IMG/VR virus record: IMGVR_UViG_3300046170_000371
Span: 23,160-87,159 of that record
Length of the DNA: 64,000 bases
Source of the DNA: a virus
Strand: one strand, 5' to 3'
The notes beneath the pieces are model-generated. The model did no database searches. It worked only from the letters and a program-made list of their open reading frames with translations, and had not been told where the DNA came from. The position numbers and the translations under genes are program-made. Positions 39,501 to 49,780 of the stretch are shown here, in pieces (within the stretch, counting starts at the first letter, position 1; each line of letters starts with the position of its first letter).

Positions 39501-39916
39501 ATACCTCGGTTGTTAGAGTTCAAGTTTTGCTCAGCATTACCTGCAGCTTTCGCATACATCTGCATGCGACGGTCTAGAGCATCAGTTTCAAAAGCTTCTG
39601 GGTCTTGCTCAGGCTTTTCAGTTGCTGATACTTGATTATCTACAGACCCAGTCTGATTAGCGTAGTCTTCCATAGGTGCATTGGAAGGTGCATCCTGTTG
39701 ACTAAAGTTACTGTTCTTTCCTTGGATCATTTCCGCAGGCATGATGTTCACGTTGCCATACTGATTACGTGATTGAGCAATTGCTCCACCTACACCTTCT
39801 TCCATGACAGCATCAATGCCTTGTACAAACGGGTTAGACCCTGATTGACGCTGTGCATTTTGAGCATCGATTGCATCTTGACGCTTATCACGACCCATCG
39901 TGATTTTCTGAGTCAT
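39497..39916 (-). CDS. Hypothetical protein (disordered)
   Basis: 139-aa ORF; TAGAATAG motif upstream. Confidence 0.6.
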   Translation of the reverse strand: MTQKITMGRDKRQDAIDAQNAQRQSGSNPFVQGIDAVMEEGVGGAIAQSRNQYGNVNIMPAEMIQGKNSNFSQQDAPSNAPMEDYANQTGSVDNQVSATEKPEQDPEAFETDALDRRMQMYAKAAGNAEQNLNSNNRGM

Positions 39917-39951
39917 AACTATTTAGTAAATATCCTATGCCTATTCTACAC

Positions 39952-40452
39952 TTAACGCCACATTGTGCTGAGTGCCATTCGTGAGCCTACTGCTGTATCT
40001 GCAGGTCCAGGGACGGCCAGAATAAATTCAGAACCCGCACGTTCAAACGCATAACGACGTACCTCTGGACGACGATAATTAGGCACATACAAAGTCTCAG
40101 CCAATCTATCCACCTCGCGAAGGTAGATTTCACGGAAGTACTCATCTCCTTTCAGTGGGTCAGATGTATTAATTGTTCGTTGAACGTCACCAGCAATCAC
40201 TTCTTGCCGAGACGGGTTCAAGATACGACTGCCGTCTGGGTCAAAGTAATCGTCTGGAATTGCAGCACTTGCTTTCCAAGCAATGTCACAGCGTTTGATG
40301 TGATAAACAATCTCGTTATACCAAAGTTCATCTGGCACTAGAGCCATTGCTTCTTCTACACGAGCTCTGTCACCTGCAGGAATCTGTGCACCGGAATTAA
40401 TTCCTAAGTGATATCTAACTTTTGATTTAAGATGCTCGTCTAATTCCATCAC
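39952..40452 (-). CDS. Hypothetical protein, possibly a head-tail connector
   Basis: KVRYHLG N-terminal motif and position downstream of the capsid genes. Confidence 0.5.
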   Translation of the reverse strand: MMELDEHLKSKVRYHLGINSGAQIPAGDRARVEEAMALVPDELWYNEIVYHIKRCDIAWKASAAIPDDYFDPDGSRILNPSRQEVIAGDVQRTINTSDPLKGDEYFREIYLREVDRLAETLYVPNYRRPEVRRYAFERAGSEFILAVPGPADTAVGSRMALSTMWR

Positions 40453-40826
40453 ATACCTAGCTTAGAAGGATTGTTGTAAATGCTTGCTAGTTCATTTGCT
40501 AGCTGCTGCCTATCATATTCATCAATATCTCCCCCTGCTTGAAGCTTACCCATAAGGCGAGCAGCAGGGCTTTCTGATTTCATGATTGAAGCCATGCCAG
40601 CACCTAATCCACCACCAAGGATTGCTCCTGTTAGTCCACCAGCTGCACGAAAGCCAGGACGCATTTTTGCCATGTTGCTTTTTTTGCCACCTGTCATCAG
40701 TTCACCAAGGGCATGTGGAAGCTGTCCTCCTGCTACACCCATTGCTGAACCACCGATTGCTCCAAGCATTCCGGCAGTATTTTGTGCTTGTAGACGTTCT
40801 TGTTCGTCGTAAGCAGCTTTCATCAT
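40449..40826 (-). CDS. Gly/Ala-rich hypothetical protein (glycine-zipper-like)
   Basis: GAIGGSAMG and GGLTGAILGGGLGAG segments. Confidence 0.55.
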   Translation of the reverse strand: MMKAAYDEQERLQAQNTAGMLGAIGGSAMGVAGGQLPHALGELMTGGKKSNMAKMRPGFRAAGGLTGAILGGGLGAGMASIMKSESPAARLMGKLQAGGDIDEYDRQQLANELASIYNNPSKLGM

Positions 40827-40877
40827 TAATGCTTCTTGTAGGTGACAGCATTTATCTCACGCAATACTATATCTAGT

Positions 40878-41313
40878 TTAGCTAATGAAGATGAGGTCTT
40901 CTTCAATCAACTGTTCCCAGTTGACGCGAGGAATATTCTCTAGTTGTTTGAGGTTTGCAAACCGCTCACCACTAAGAGACATTCGTAGTTCAACAATCTT
41001 CTTAGCGGTAGCAAATCCTACACCTGGTAGACGTTTAGCAATCTGCTCTGCCTGTGCTGCATTGAGATTTAAACGGATATCTTCCATTGGAACAACTGCA
41101 TCTGGTGCCTGCTCTTCTGGAACAATGAGTTCAGGTGCTGATACTTTTGCAAGTCGTCCTTTGCCCTTGCTCATAAGGAACTAGTTGGTCAAGCGTTAAA
41201 TACGTTACCTTGCCTGCTGCGTCACGCACCATTGCAAACTCTTTATCATGCTTACTAATAAACTCTACGAGCTTACCTGTCTTTGTATCTTGAAATAATT
41301 TGTGGTCAGCCAT
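40878..41313 (-). CDS. Helix-hairpin-helix (ComEA-like) DNA-binding protein. Frameshift near 41170.
   Basis: LNLNAA.AEQI..RLPGVG.ATAKKIVELR....F.NL.QL..I. Confidence 0.75.
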
Positions 41314-41346
41314 ATCTTTGGGGTACACTTTCTTTATTATAGGCAC

Positions 41347-41376
41347 AAAAAAAGAGCCCCCGTAGGAGCTCTTCTT
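41347..41376 (-). terminator. Terminator after the capsid genes
   Basis: On the - strand: AAGAGCTCC-TACG-GGGGCTCTT followed by a T tract. Confidence 0.7.
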
Positions 41377-41392
41377 TATTGAATAAAGTTGA

Positions 41393-42061
41393 TCAATATC
41401 CTTGACCAGCTTCCACACCATAAGGGATGTGAACGTCATCAGCATCTGGAGGCTGCGTCAGGCATGTAGTAGCACACTTCAACCAAGATGGGCGGAAGGT
41501 GACTTACGACAAGCACCAGCGGAAGGCTTCAGGCTGCAAATCAAATCAGCGCTAGTGGTGATTTGAACAGGAGTTTTCAACAGTAAGTGCGGGTTCCATC
41601 GAGAATGGACTCAAACAGTGAGAACTCACCGACTGAATTGAAGTAACCGTAATCAGCATTTGGAACACTAGTAACAGGATCTACTTCTGGAATTGCAGTT
41701 GCAGGAACTGCAGCAGGAGTAGTAATTACCTGCAACAGTTAGCGTTGCAGAACCAGCAAGGGTCTCTTCACGAACACCAGGGAGCGCTAACTGCAGTGCG
41801 ATACACAACAGCGCCTTCAGGTACAACAAACGGCTTGTCCTTACGAGGCTTGTCATCTTGACGAAGGTCAGGAGACAGAATCTCAAGGTCATAAGTGCCA
41901 GCGGCGAGAACGCCGTCAACATCCAATACACCTTTGTTGTCAGGGTTCAGTACAAGAGCACCGATACCTTTGAAGAACTCAACGCCAGGGATTGCCTCGA
42001 CGCCTTGCTCGCGATATGCGTTCAAATGAGCAACGTAGTTTCCGGGAAAAATAATAGACAT
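41393..42061 (-). CDS. Capsid-associated (minor capsid/decoration) protein with several indels
   Basis: Directly downstream of the MCP with an RBS; MSIIFPGNYV... to ...EAGQGY; followed by a terminator. Confidence 0.55.
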
Positions 42062-42075
42062 AGTTAGTACTCCTA

Positions 42076-43229
42076 TCAATATACGAAAGAGTAACCAACC
42101 GTGATGAAATCCTTATTCAGGGTTTCAAAACCGGCGAACAAGCTCCAAATCATAATGATGAATCGTGAGAAATCATCGTTGTTGTTCAACAAGATTTGAG
42201 CGTTGTTACCACCAATACCTACGCCGACAGCCTGTGGACCGAAGAAGATCAACTGAGCAGCGCCGTAATCGGCGGCACTAGCAGATTCGTCAGTAATTGC
42301 CAGGTTGTAGGAAGTTTCAGGCAGGTTGGTGGACTCGAACCAGCGGACACCTTCGAAGAGGAATCCGGTAGGCATCACGGGTTGACCAGCAACAAAGCCA
42401 GCTTGTCCGTATGCAGGACCCATGCCTTTATAGAAGTTGGCATTAGGTGCCAGACCTGGGTTCATGGGGTCAACCATGCCCGTGCCTGGGTAACGTGCGA
42501 TTTCGCGGAAGTCGCTGTTCTGACGCAGGTGCATCATTGCAGTGGGGTCCACGATGCAACGGTAGTAACCATCAGCGAAGGTAGGGACGTTGCGCTTACG
42601 CATGTCCTTAACGACTTCGAGGAGGTCGGTCTTAACATCAAACTTGGCAGATTCACCAGCTGCGTAGGTGACTCCAAGAGTTCCAAGGCCGCCGTCATCT
42701 TTGGCTTTACCACCGGGAAGGTAGTAACCACCTTGCTCGTTGGAAGATTTGCCACAAGCTTCTGCTTTCAGCAGTTCGTTAGCAAACACCCGATCGCGCC
42801 AACGACGATAGTCATCGAGCAGCGTTAGTGAACCAATGGATTGGTGGAAAACGTTCAGGTTGCCAGTATCAAGCAGCAAACGCTGAGCAGTGATCAGGGT
42901 TTCGCGAGCTACCTTGAAGGTAGAAGGCTGAGTTGCATCGCGGGAATCAGCAGGGGCCGGTGTACTCACGGAGAGTAACCGAGCACTTTGTCCTTGACGA
43001 TGTTGCGTGCGGATGCGGATCCAAGGGTTTGGTCGGCGGTCCGCTCACGGGACTCCTTAGTGCCAGGCTTACCCCAGAAGCGGTAACGATCAAGCTGCAC
43101 GGTCTGACCAGGCTGCTTAGAGAAATCGTGTACTACCACGGGCTCAACTGCCATCTCAATGATGTAGGCAGGATGAGGACGGTAAAGTTCTGCACCAAGA
43201 AGCTTCGGAAAATCATTATCAATCCACAT
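42076..43229 (-). CDS. Major capsid protein (HK97 fold, N4-gp56-like). Indels near 42955-42985.
   Basis: HDFSKQPGQTVQLDRY, VVKDMRKRNVP.FADGYY.CIVDP..MMHLR, GFLFEGVRWFEST, FFGPQAVG; about 383 aa when joined; GGAG RBS. Confidence 0.85.
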
Positions 43230-43340
43230 GGATTAATACTCCGTAAGCTAAAAGGTTTATAAGTGACTTCGACGGGTCACATATATAGATAGTAATGTAT
43301 GTCGTTATACTTATGTATATGTACCCAAATATCTTATGGT

Positions 43341-43707
43341 ATGGATTTTATTAATGACAAAATTTGGAAACCTATTCATACCCTGACTGGCTTTGAGTGC
43401 TGTATCGAATACTATGTAAACGAAGAAGGGCAAGTGAAAAGCACTAAAGGTGTGATTGAACGCATCTTAAAACAACGCATCAATAAGAACGGATATGCTC
43501 AAGTTAATCTGACTCAACGCATTGGACGTAAGAGCACAATCACTACTACTGTTCATAAACTAGTAGGCACTAGCTTTCTTAGATAAACCTGCTGCTAGTC
43601 CAGGTAAAGCTAAAGGGTGCAGTCGTATTCAGCATATTGATGGTTGTAAATCTAATAACTGCGTTGGTAATCTTAAATGGACTAAAATAGAAGAAAGTGA
43701 TAACTAA
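43341..43707 (+). CDS. NUMOD4-HNH homing endonuclease. Frameshift near 43567.
   Basis: IWKPI...Y.VN..GQVKS...ILKQ...NGY..VNL....VHKLV, then HIDG.KSNN...NL.W. Confidence 0.8.
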
Positions 43708-43712
43708 ACACA

Positions 43713-44405
43713 ATGGCTGATAGTCTGGTTCTTACTGGTGTTAAGGACGTTAAAAAGCACACTGGTACTGAAATGCTTCTGACACGTCCGAAGCGTGGTG
43801 GTGATACGCACTCCTTAAAAGAATGGTGGAAAGTAGGACCTAACAAATGCTATGTCATGTGCACAGTATTTGATGTGACTACAGCAAACGGTACTGTCAA
43901 GCTTGTGCTTGATAGCAATGCTGGTACTAACCTACGTATTGACCACGACGGTTCTTTTAACTTTGACTTCTACGGTATCAATGAAGTACGCCGTGGAGCA
44001 TTGTTCACATCTACATATGAGTTGATTGAACATTATGTCTTCCCTATCATCAGTGGTGGCAAGGTAATGACTGTTACTCCTGCTGGTGGAGCTAGTCGTC
44101 CTAACGCTACTCCGACTGATACAGCAATTGGTACTGTAACTATTAGTGGTGTAACTGCTCCTGTTGATTCCACAATTGAAAGCTACAGCGTGGCAGTCAG
44201 TGGTGATGCTACAAGCCTCACTTATGCTTGGTCTGTGAGTGGATCTGGTGCTGCATCAGGTGGCTCAACTGGTTCAACTTTCAGTGTTGCTTACACAGGT
44301 ACCACCGACGCAAGCACAGTGACTTGTGTTGTGACTTCTGGTGATGGTACTGCTACTGATAGTCCAGCAACTGGAACGCTTGCTATTGATATTCCAACCG
44401 CTTAA
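43713..44405 (+). CDS. Structural protein with C-terminal Ig/PKD-like domain
   Basis: Thr/Ser-rich beta C-terminus (VTISG..YSV.VSG...LTYAWSV..VTCVVT). Confidence 0.6.
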   Translation: MADSLVLTGVKDVKKHTGTEMLLTRPKRGGDTHSLKEWWKVGPNKCYVMCTVFDVTTANGTVKLVLDSNAGTNLRIDHDGSFNFDFYGINEVRRGALFTSTYELIEHYVFPIISGGKVMTVTPAGGASRPNATPTDTAIGTVTISGVTAPVDSTIESYSVAVSGDATSLTYAWSVSGSGAASGGSTGSTFSVAYTGTTDASTVTCVVTSGDGTATDSPATGTLAIDIPTA

Positions 44406-45088
44406 CGACAGAGGCTATATCGCATAGCATTTACTTCTGCTCCTGATAAATACTCTTGCCCTATGACGCACTGTACGTTGTAGGGCAATCTTCTTGTGTT
44501 CCTAGCATGGAATCCAATATAGAAGAAGTCATTCAGGCGTACATACATCTTGTCGTATGGATGCTCTTGCCTATCTTTTGTATAGAGACGGACATCAAAC
44601 CAAGCATCGATATACTTGTTGCCTGTCTTTAGATTCTTTAAGTCCACACTAATGTAAGCATCTGACTTACCACCAAGACTTGAGCGTCTAATTAGTGCAG
44701 GGTCGTATGTATTGACTGTAGTCAAATCCTTGCTTTCATCTATCACAGCAGGGAAGTATGTATTGATTACTGATAAGTCTGCATCTGTAATTTGAGCACA
44801 TTCCCATCCTGGCTCTTCAAAGCATGCAAAAGCATAATCTTGGTTGATTGCTACATCAACACGTATGAAGTGATTCTCTTTACCGAATAGTCCTACTGTG
44901 TCTTTGTAGTTAATCTCAAAAGGAATGATAGTCACACGGTCCTTTTGTGGACTATTGATGGACCCTCCCTCTGCATAATTCAGAGACTTATTACTAGATG
45001 AGTATCCAGGATTTGTGTAGTCACTTGCACCATAGATAATATGTCTATCTAGGATGCGTTGTGTGACATCCTTCGCACCCTCGTTCAT
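44402..45088 (-). CDS. Hypothetical protein
   Basis: 228-aa ORF; TACAATAG motif upstream. Confidence 0.65.
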   Translation of the reverse strand: MNEGAKDVTQRILDRHIIYGASDYTNPGYSSSNKSLNYAEGGSINSPQKDRVTIIPFEINYKDTVGLFGKENHFIRVDVAINQDYAFACFEEPGWECAQITDADLSVINTYFPAVIDESKDLTTVNTYDPALIRRSSLGGKSDAYISVDLKNLKTGNKYIDAWFDVRLYTKDRQEHPYDKMYVRLNDFFYIGFHARNTRRLPYNVQCVIGQEYLSGAEVNAMRYSLCR

Positions 45089-45120
45089 GAGATTATTGCA
45101 TCTGTTACTTCTATTGTAAT

Positions 45121-46056
45121 TTACAAATACTCATTGATTTCGTCAGAGTTAGAACGTAATGCTCTAAGTGCTTTGTGCTCTAATGTACGAACACGGTCAC
45201 GGCTCATGTTAAGCACTTGACCAATAGCTGTCATTGACATTGGTTCAAGCATCTCATCACCAATTCCATAACGCATAGCCACAACAGCAGCTTGCATCTC
45301 AGGTAGCTCTGAAATCAATTCACGGATATCTTCTTTAATATATTGACGCTCAAGGATAAGCTCAGGTAGCTGTGATTCATCCTCAAGCAGGTCGATTAGA
45401 GCAGTATCTCTGTTCTCTCCAATCTTGATTTCTAGTGATGTAGGCTGACGTGCCTTACACATTAAATCTTTAATTTCATCTACAGTCAGGTCTAAGTATG
45501 CAGCAAGGTCAAATACATTTGGCATTTGTCCGTTCATCTGACTTAGTTCACGCTGGGCTTTTTTAAGTTTGTTGAGGTTCTCAGTAATGTGGATTGGTAA
45601 ACGGATTGCTCTGCTCTTTTCCGCAATCGCCCTTGTAATGCCTTGTCGAATCCACCAATATGCATAAGTAGAGAACTTATAGCCACGACCAGGATCGAAC
45701 TTCTCCACACCACGGACGAGTCCGATTGTTCCTTCTTGGATGATGTCCAAGAGCTCCATATTACGCTTGGTATATTTCTTTGCGACAGAGACAACAAGAC
45801 GAAGATTAGCGGTAACCATCTTGTCTTTTGCTCGTTCGCCATCACGCATCTCTTTTTTAATTTGCTTGTGAGTGATGTCCATAGCATCAGCTAAACCTTC
45901 TTCATCTAGCTCAAGCTCTTTTCTCATCTCCTTTAGTACCATCATACGCTGCACTTGACGTCCTAAAAGGATTTCTTCGTCATGCTCTAGAAGTGGAATA
46001 CGTCCGATGTCCCGCAGATAAGAACGTACTGAATCTCCTGAAAGTTTTACTGACAT
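45121..46056 (-). CDS. Phage-encoded sigma-70 factor, cyanobacterial RpoD/group-2-like (regions 1.2-4, no region 1.1)
   Basis: DSVRSYLRDIGRIPLL, ANLRLVVSVAKKY, DIIQEG.IGL.R.VEKFDP.RGYKFSTYAYWWIRQGITRAIA, SRDRVR.LE.KALR.LR. Confidence 0.95.
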   Translation of the reverse strand: MSVKLSGDSVRSYLRDIGRIPLLEHDEEILLGRQVQRMMVLKEMRKELELDEEGLADAMDITHKQIKKEMRDGERAKDKMVTANLRLVVSVAKKYTKRNMELLDIIQEGTIGLVRGVEKFDPGRGYKFSTYAYWWIRQGITRAIAEKSRAIRLPIHITENLNKLKKAQRELSQMNGQMPNVFDLAAYLDLTVDEIKDLMCKARQPTSLEIKIGENRDTALIDLLEDESQLPELILERQYIKEDIRELISELPEMQAAVVAMRYGIGDEMLEPMSMTAIGQVLNMSRDRVRTLEHKALRALRSNSDEINEYL

Positions 46057-46111
46057 ATATTCTTTTTTGGGTATACTTAACTCTAGCCTATTATTCTAGC
46101 TTCGTCAACAC

Positions 46112-46399
46112 TTAACCGTGTAATCTTGCATACCTAAGTGACTTTTTAGGTTGCTCTCCATCTTCCATAGACTCCACAGCCATTGCTTGAGCTGCATGCT
46201 CGTTAAATCCTTTCTCTTTATAGATTGATTCTGCTTCTTGATATTTTTCAACACTACTTTCAAAGTCTTCGCCGTGAGTAAGCATCTCTGCTGTCATCTG
46301 ATTAGCTGCCTGGTCTGGCACGCCATCAGTCTTCAGATGCTTCCAGATAGTCTGGAATACTTCAGGGTCTTGTTGTGTTTCTTGTCCAGCTAAACGCAC
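46112..46399 (-). CDS. Hypothetical protein (MRLAG N-terminus)
   Basis: 95-aa ORF with an internal duplicated G..E.AA..M..E helix. Confidence 0.6.
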   Translation of the reverse strand: MRLAGQETQQDPEVFQTIWKHLKTDGVPDQAANQMTAEMLTHGEDFESSVEKYQEAESIYKEKGFNEHAAQAMAVESMEDGEQPKKSLRYARLHG

Positions 46400-46437
46400 G
46401 GTATAAGTATTAGCAACCTATACCGATTGTACTAGAT

Positions 46438-46899
46438 TTACTTTCCCATCTGGTTTTGAACGAGGTCAGGATTCATTCCTACTGACATTGCTTTTCCAGT
46501 AGCAATGCTGTTGCGGACTGCTTCACCTTCAATGTCACTCATCTGTGACATGTACTGAGTAGCAGGTGAACCAAGCACTTCCATTACTTCTGCCTTACGC
46601 TCGTTAGCAAACGATGCAGCTTTATATTCGTCGTTAGCACCAACCAATTGCTCTTTGCGAAATCCTTGTACACCTGCAGATTGTGCTTGAGACAATGCAT
46701 CGCTTTGACGCACCATCATGTTTTGCTCCGCCAGACGCTCATTGTTATAAGGCTGGGTGTTAACGGATGGTTTAGATGCACCACCACCATCAAAAGCATT
46801 TGCTCCCATAGGAGCAGATGTACGGTTCATTCCATCAAGCCCACGCATTGCGCTGGACTGTGGAAGCATCTGCTCTGCAATAGTATAAGGATTAGCCAT
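46438..46899 (-). CDS. Hypothetical protein
   Basis: 153-aa ORF. Confidence 0.6.
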   Translation of the reverse strand: MANPYTIAEQMLPQSSAMRGLDGMNRTSAPMGANAFDGGGASKPSVNTQPYNNERLAEQNMMVRQSDALSQAQSAGVQGFRKEQLVGANDEYKAASFANERKAEVMEVLGSPATQYMSQMSDIEGEAVRNSIATGKAMSVGMNPDLVQNQMGK

Positions 46900-46963
46900 T
46901 GTTTAATTGATTCTCATATATACATTGTAAGGGGATACGTTATGTACCCCCTCACGGTTTTTA

Positions 46964-47986
46964 TCAGAGGTCTTGGATCATCATCTTCTGCTGGAAGGCA
47001 GCTGGAGGAGCCTGTGCCAGGACTTTCCATGCATCTTCAGGATTAGTATCCATCATGTCTCCGAAGCCACCCCAGAAGTCATTGGCGGGGTTTGCCTGAC
47101 GACCTGGTGTTGGCATCTCTTGAACAGGACGTTGGAAGTTCTGTGGAACCTGACCTTGCTCTTGAGCAATGATTTCAGCTTCGAACTGTTCACGTGCTTG
47201 CATCTGTGCAAGTTCAGCTGCTTCGCTTTCGGTCAGCGTTGGATAAGGACCTTCCATACCGAAGAAGTCGTTGACATAATCAGCCAAGACATCAGGGTCG
47301 GTAAGCATCAGGTTCATTGCTGCACGCTCTTCACCAGCTGCTTCAAGCACCAAAGACTGATGCTGACCACGCTGCACTTGCTCAATGAGGGCATCCTCAA
47401 CGGCACATGCATAGGTGTTCAGAAGGTTGGGAGCTTCAGCACCGAAGTGCTCAAGAACTTCAAGACTTTCGTCGCTGATTTGACTTAGATACGCGTCCCG
47501 TGCCGGAGCCTGACTTTCTGCCAGAGCCGGAGCCGGTGCGGCCACTTGCTGTTGCAGTGCCTGTTGCATCAAAGCCTGGGTTGAAGCTTGGGGAGAGTAG
47601 GTCTGCTGCGCCGAATACTGGGCTTGAGGTGCTTGAGCCTGGGGCATTGAAGCCCAATTGGTTTGTGTAGCTGCCTGGGGCGTTGGCGTCACTTGGTAAG
47701 CCGAGGGTGACACCTGGGCCTGGGACTGGTTGTTTGTATTCAAACTTGCGCTGAGCGCCTGGAACGCCTGCTGCCATGGATTGCCCTGGGGTGCCGAAGC
47801 CTGCGGGGCCGGGGCCTGTCCCTGGTAAGCCGGAGCCTGAGGCATTTGGGGCACCTGGACCTGATATGCCTGCGAGGCTTGTCCTTGGTTGCTCGCGTAC
47901 TGGCTGTCCTGCGCTGGCGCGGCGTAAGTCTGCGGGGCTGAGGCTTGGGGGGCGCTCGTCTGAGCTGTCTGGATGGTACTTTCCAC
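46964..47986 (-). CDS. Putative scaffold/head assembly protein with a Q/A/P-rich N-terminus
   Basis: GGAG about 10 nt upstream of GTG 47986; disordered N-terminus, helical C-terminus; adjacent to the portal. Confidence 0.6.
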   Translation of the reverse strand: MESTIQTAQTSAPQASAPQTYAAPAQDSQYASNQGQASQAYQVQVPQMPQAPAYQGQAPAPQASAPQGNPWQQAFQALSASLNTNNQSQAQVSPSAYQVTPTPQAATQTNWASMPQAQAPQAQYSAQQTYSPQASTQALMQQALQQQVAAPAPALAESQAPARDAYLSQISDESLEVLEHFGAEAPNLLNTYACAVEDALIEQVQRGQHQSLVLEAAGEERAAMNLMLTDPDVLADYVNDFFGMEGPYPTLTESEAAELAQMQAREQFEAEIIAQEQGQVPQNFQRPVQEMPTPGRQANPANDFWGGFGDMMDTNPEDAWKVLAQAPPAAFQQKMMIQDL

Positions 47987-49739
47987 TGTAACTTAACTCC
48001 TTACGTAAAAATTCGAGTGATCTATATAGGAACCCAGTAATATCTAGGTTGGGGTCAGACGCCAGTGGAAGTTCTGGTGTCTGTGGATGGGGCAACTGAT
48101 ATAGTTGACCTAATAATCCGATGAAACTGTTAATACTTTGCTGAGTTTGTTGGACCATTCGGAATGGGTAGCCACTCAACATTGCTGCCCTTTCTTCGTC
48201 AGTCTTGCTTGGGAAAAGGTACTTAAGTGCTTCAATAGAATCCACACCCAGTTCTTGAAGGTTACGTACGACAATACTGTTATTAAGTATGTCTTGTGCG
48301 TCATCTTCAAAGATGTCACCCATCCAACGCCAGCTAACTAAAGTGCTACCGTCGGGGATTAAACCTGTTACTCCGTCAGGCATTTCGCCTGTATCTAGAC
48401 TAACACGAATTGCTTCTTCCCTTTTCTTGGTGAACTTCTCTATAGCAGCAATGTATTTTTCCATTGCTACTGAGTATTCCTGAGGGTCTTCAAACTCTTC
48501 CTGCAGTGGTACTACAGGTTGTTTGAGACCGATTGCAACTGCAAAGCTCTCCTTAAACATCTTCTCTTCATGCTGAATCATCAGACTGAAGAGTTTGCAT
48601 AAGCCGTAGCTGAACAGTGCTTTTGCTTTCTTCTCTGCTGTAGCAGCACACCTTCCGTACAGAGATTTCATTTCATATGCAGTAGAAGCAGTGTTGATGT
48701 CAATATCATCTACACCACCCAGTGCCAGTCTGATTTCAGAACGGTACTGTTTGATATACATATTCTGGTCACCACTCACACTGTCAGGCGTGAGGTAGTT
48801 GACACGGTCAGTTGGCTCAAGGTTTGCGATTACTCGGGGCACCTTAATTTGACCATCTAAAGCAGACGCGCCACCAAACGGTTCACTGACTCGGGTGCTA
48901 CTACGTCCAATAGCAGCAAAGCCTGCTTGGCTACTAATAGTTGGACGGAAGCTACCTTCATCACCACTCTCAATAATGTCGTGTTTGGGGCGACTAGAGA
49001 TTAGTGTGGGGTTACCAAAGAACTTGAGGTTCTTACGGACGTTTTTGACTAGCTCATCGTGATAGAGAATCTGATTGGCTAACCAATCAAACTCACCATT
49101 ACCTGTAGCTTCACCAGTACAGTCCATGTGATTGAACACTTCGACTGCTGGAATGAAACCGAGACTATTGGTTAAGACCTCAGTCTCACCCTGCATGTTA
49201 TTGATTTGAGCTCCCATCTCGTTCTCAAAGTCAATCCTCTCATTAGAGATTGTCTGTTCGATACGGTCACGGAATACTTTCAGTCGGATGTATTTTTTCT
49301 TACCGCCTTTACCGTCTGACCTTGCAAATGTATCAAGCAGATTAGGCTCTTGTACATTAAAAGTATAAATTAAGACGATGTTCTCAAGGTCACCATTCTG
49401 GTCACGATAAGCACGATAGTTTTCTTTAGGGAAGAACAGAAGCTGATAATCATCTCCTGATGGCCTGAAGTAGAACAGACCTTGTCCGTCACATAAGAAG
49501 TAATCAACAATACTGTCGAGCTTCATCTCAAGCATGTTGTGATCTACAACACGTTTGACAAACTCTTTGCGATAACCGAAGCTATCTTGGTCTGCGTAGA
49601 ACTCAATACCCTTACGCAGCATGAACATCCTCATCTGTGATAGATGAGAACTGACAATCATTGAATCAACAGCAAGGTCCCCACGCCGTTCTTTCGCGGC
49701 TGTGAGGATCTGTTCAAACTGACTGTTAACTTGATTCAT
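47460..49739 (-). CDS. Portal protein with a long G/P/S-rich C-terminal tail
   Basis: Position next to TerL; NSLGFIPAVEVFN...GNGEF..LANQI..HD...KFFGNP portal-like motifs. Confidence 0.75.
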   Translation of the reverse strand: MNQVNSQFEQILTAAKERRGDLAVDSMIVSSHLSQMRMFMLRKGIEFYADQDSFGYRKEFVKRVVDHNMLEMKLDSIVDYFLCDGQGLFYFRPSGDDYQLLFFPKENYRAYRDQNGDLENIVLIYTFNVQEPNLLDTFARSDGKGGKKKYIRLKVFRDRIEQTISNERIDFENEMGAQINNMQGETEVLTNSLGFIPAVEVFNHMDCTGEATGNGEFDWLANQILYHDELVKNVRKNLKFFGNPTLISSRPKHDIIESGDEGSFRPTISSQAGFAAIGRSSTRVSEPFGGASALDGQIKVPRVIANLEPTDRVNYLTPDSVSGDQNMYIKQYRSEIRLALGGVDDIDINTASTAYEMKSLYGRCAATAEKKAKALFSYGLCKLFSLMIQHEEKMFKESFAVAIGLKQPVVPLQEEFEDPQEYSVAMEKYIAAIEKFTKKREEAIRVSLDTGEMPDGVTGLIPDGSTLVSWRWMGDIFEDDAQDILNNSIVVRNLQELGVDSIEALKYLFPSKTDEERAAMLSGYPFRMVQQTQQSINSFIGLLGQLYQLPHPQTPELPLASDPNLDITGFLYRSLEFLRKELSYSGKYHPDSSDERPPSLSPADLRRASAGQPVREQPRTSLAGISGPGAPNASGSGLPGTGPGPAGFGTPGQSMAAGVPGAQRKFEYKQPVPGPGVTLGLPSDANAPGSYTNQLGFNAPGSSTSSPVFGAADLLSPSFNPGFDATGTATASGRTGSGSGRKSGSGTGRVSKSNQRRKS

Positions 49740-49780
49740 TCTATAACTGCTTCATTAATAAATAGTCTAACTGCTAATGA

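Noticed and set aside
42196-42828. Long antisense ORF opposite the capsid gene (and similar ones, e.g. 46973..47488, 35837..36289)
   Set aside because: These are shadow ORFs caused by codon bias of the real gene, with no recognisable motifs or expression signals.
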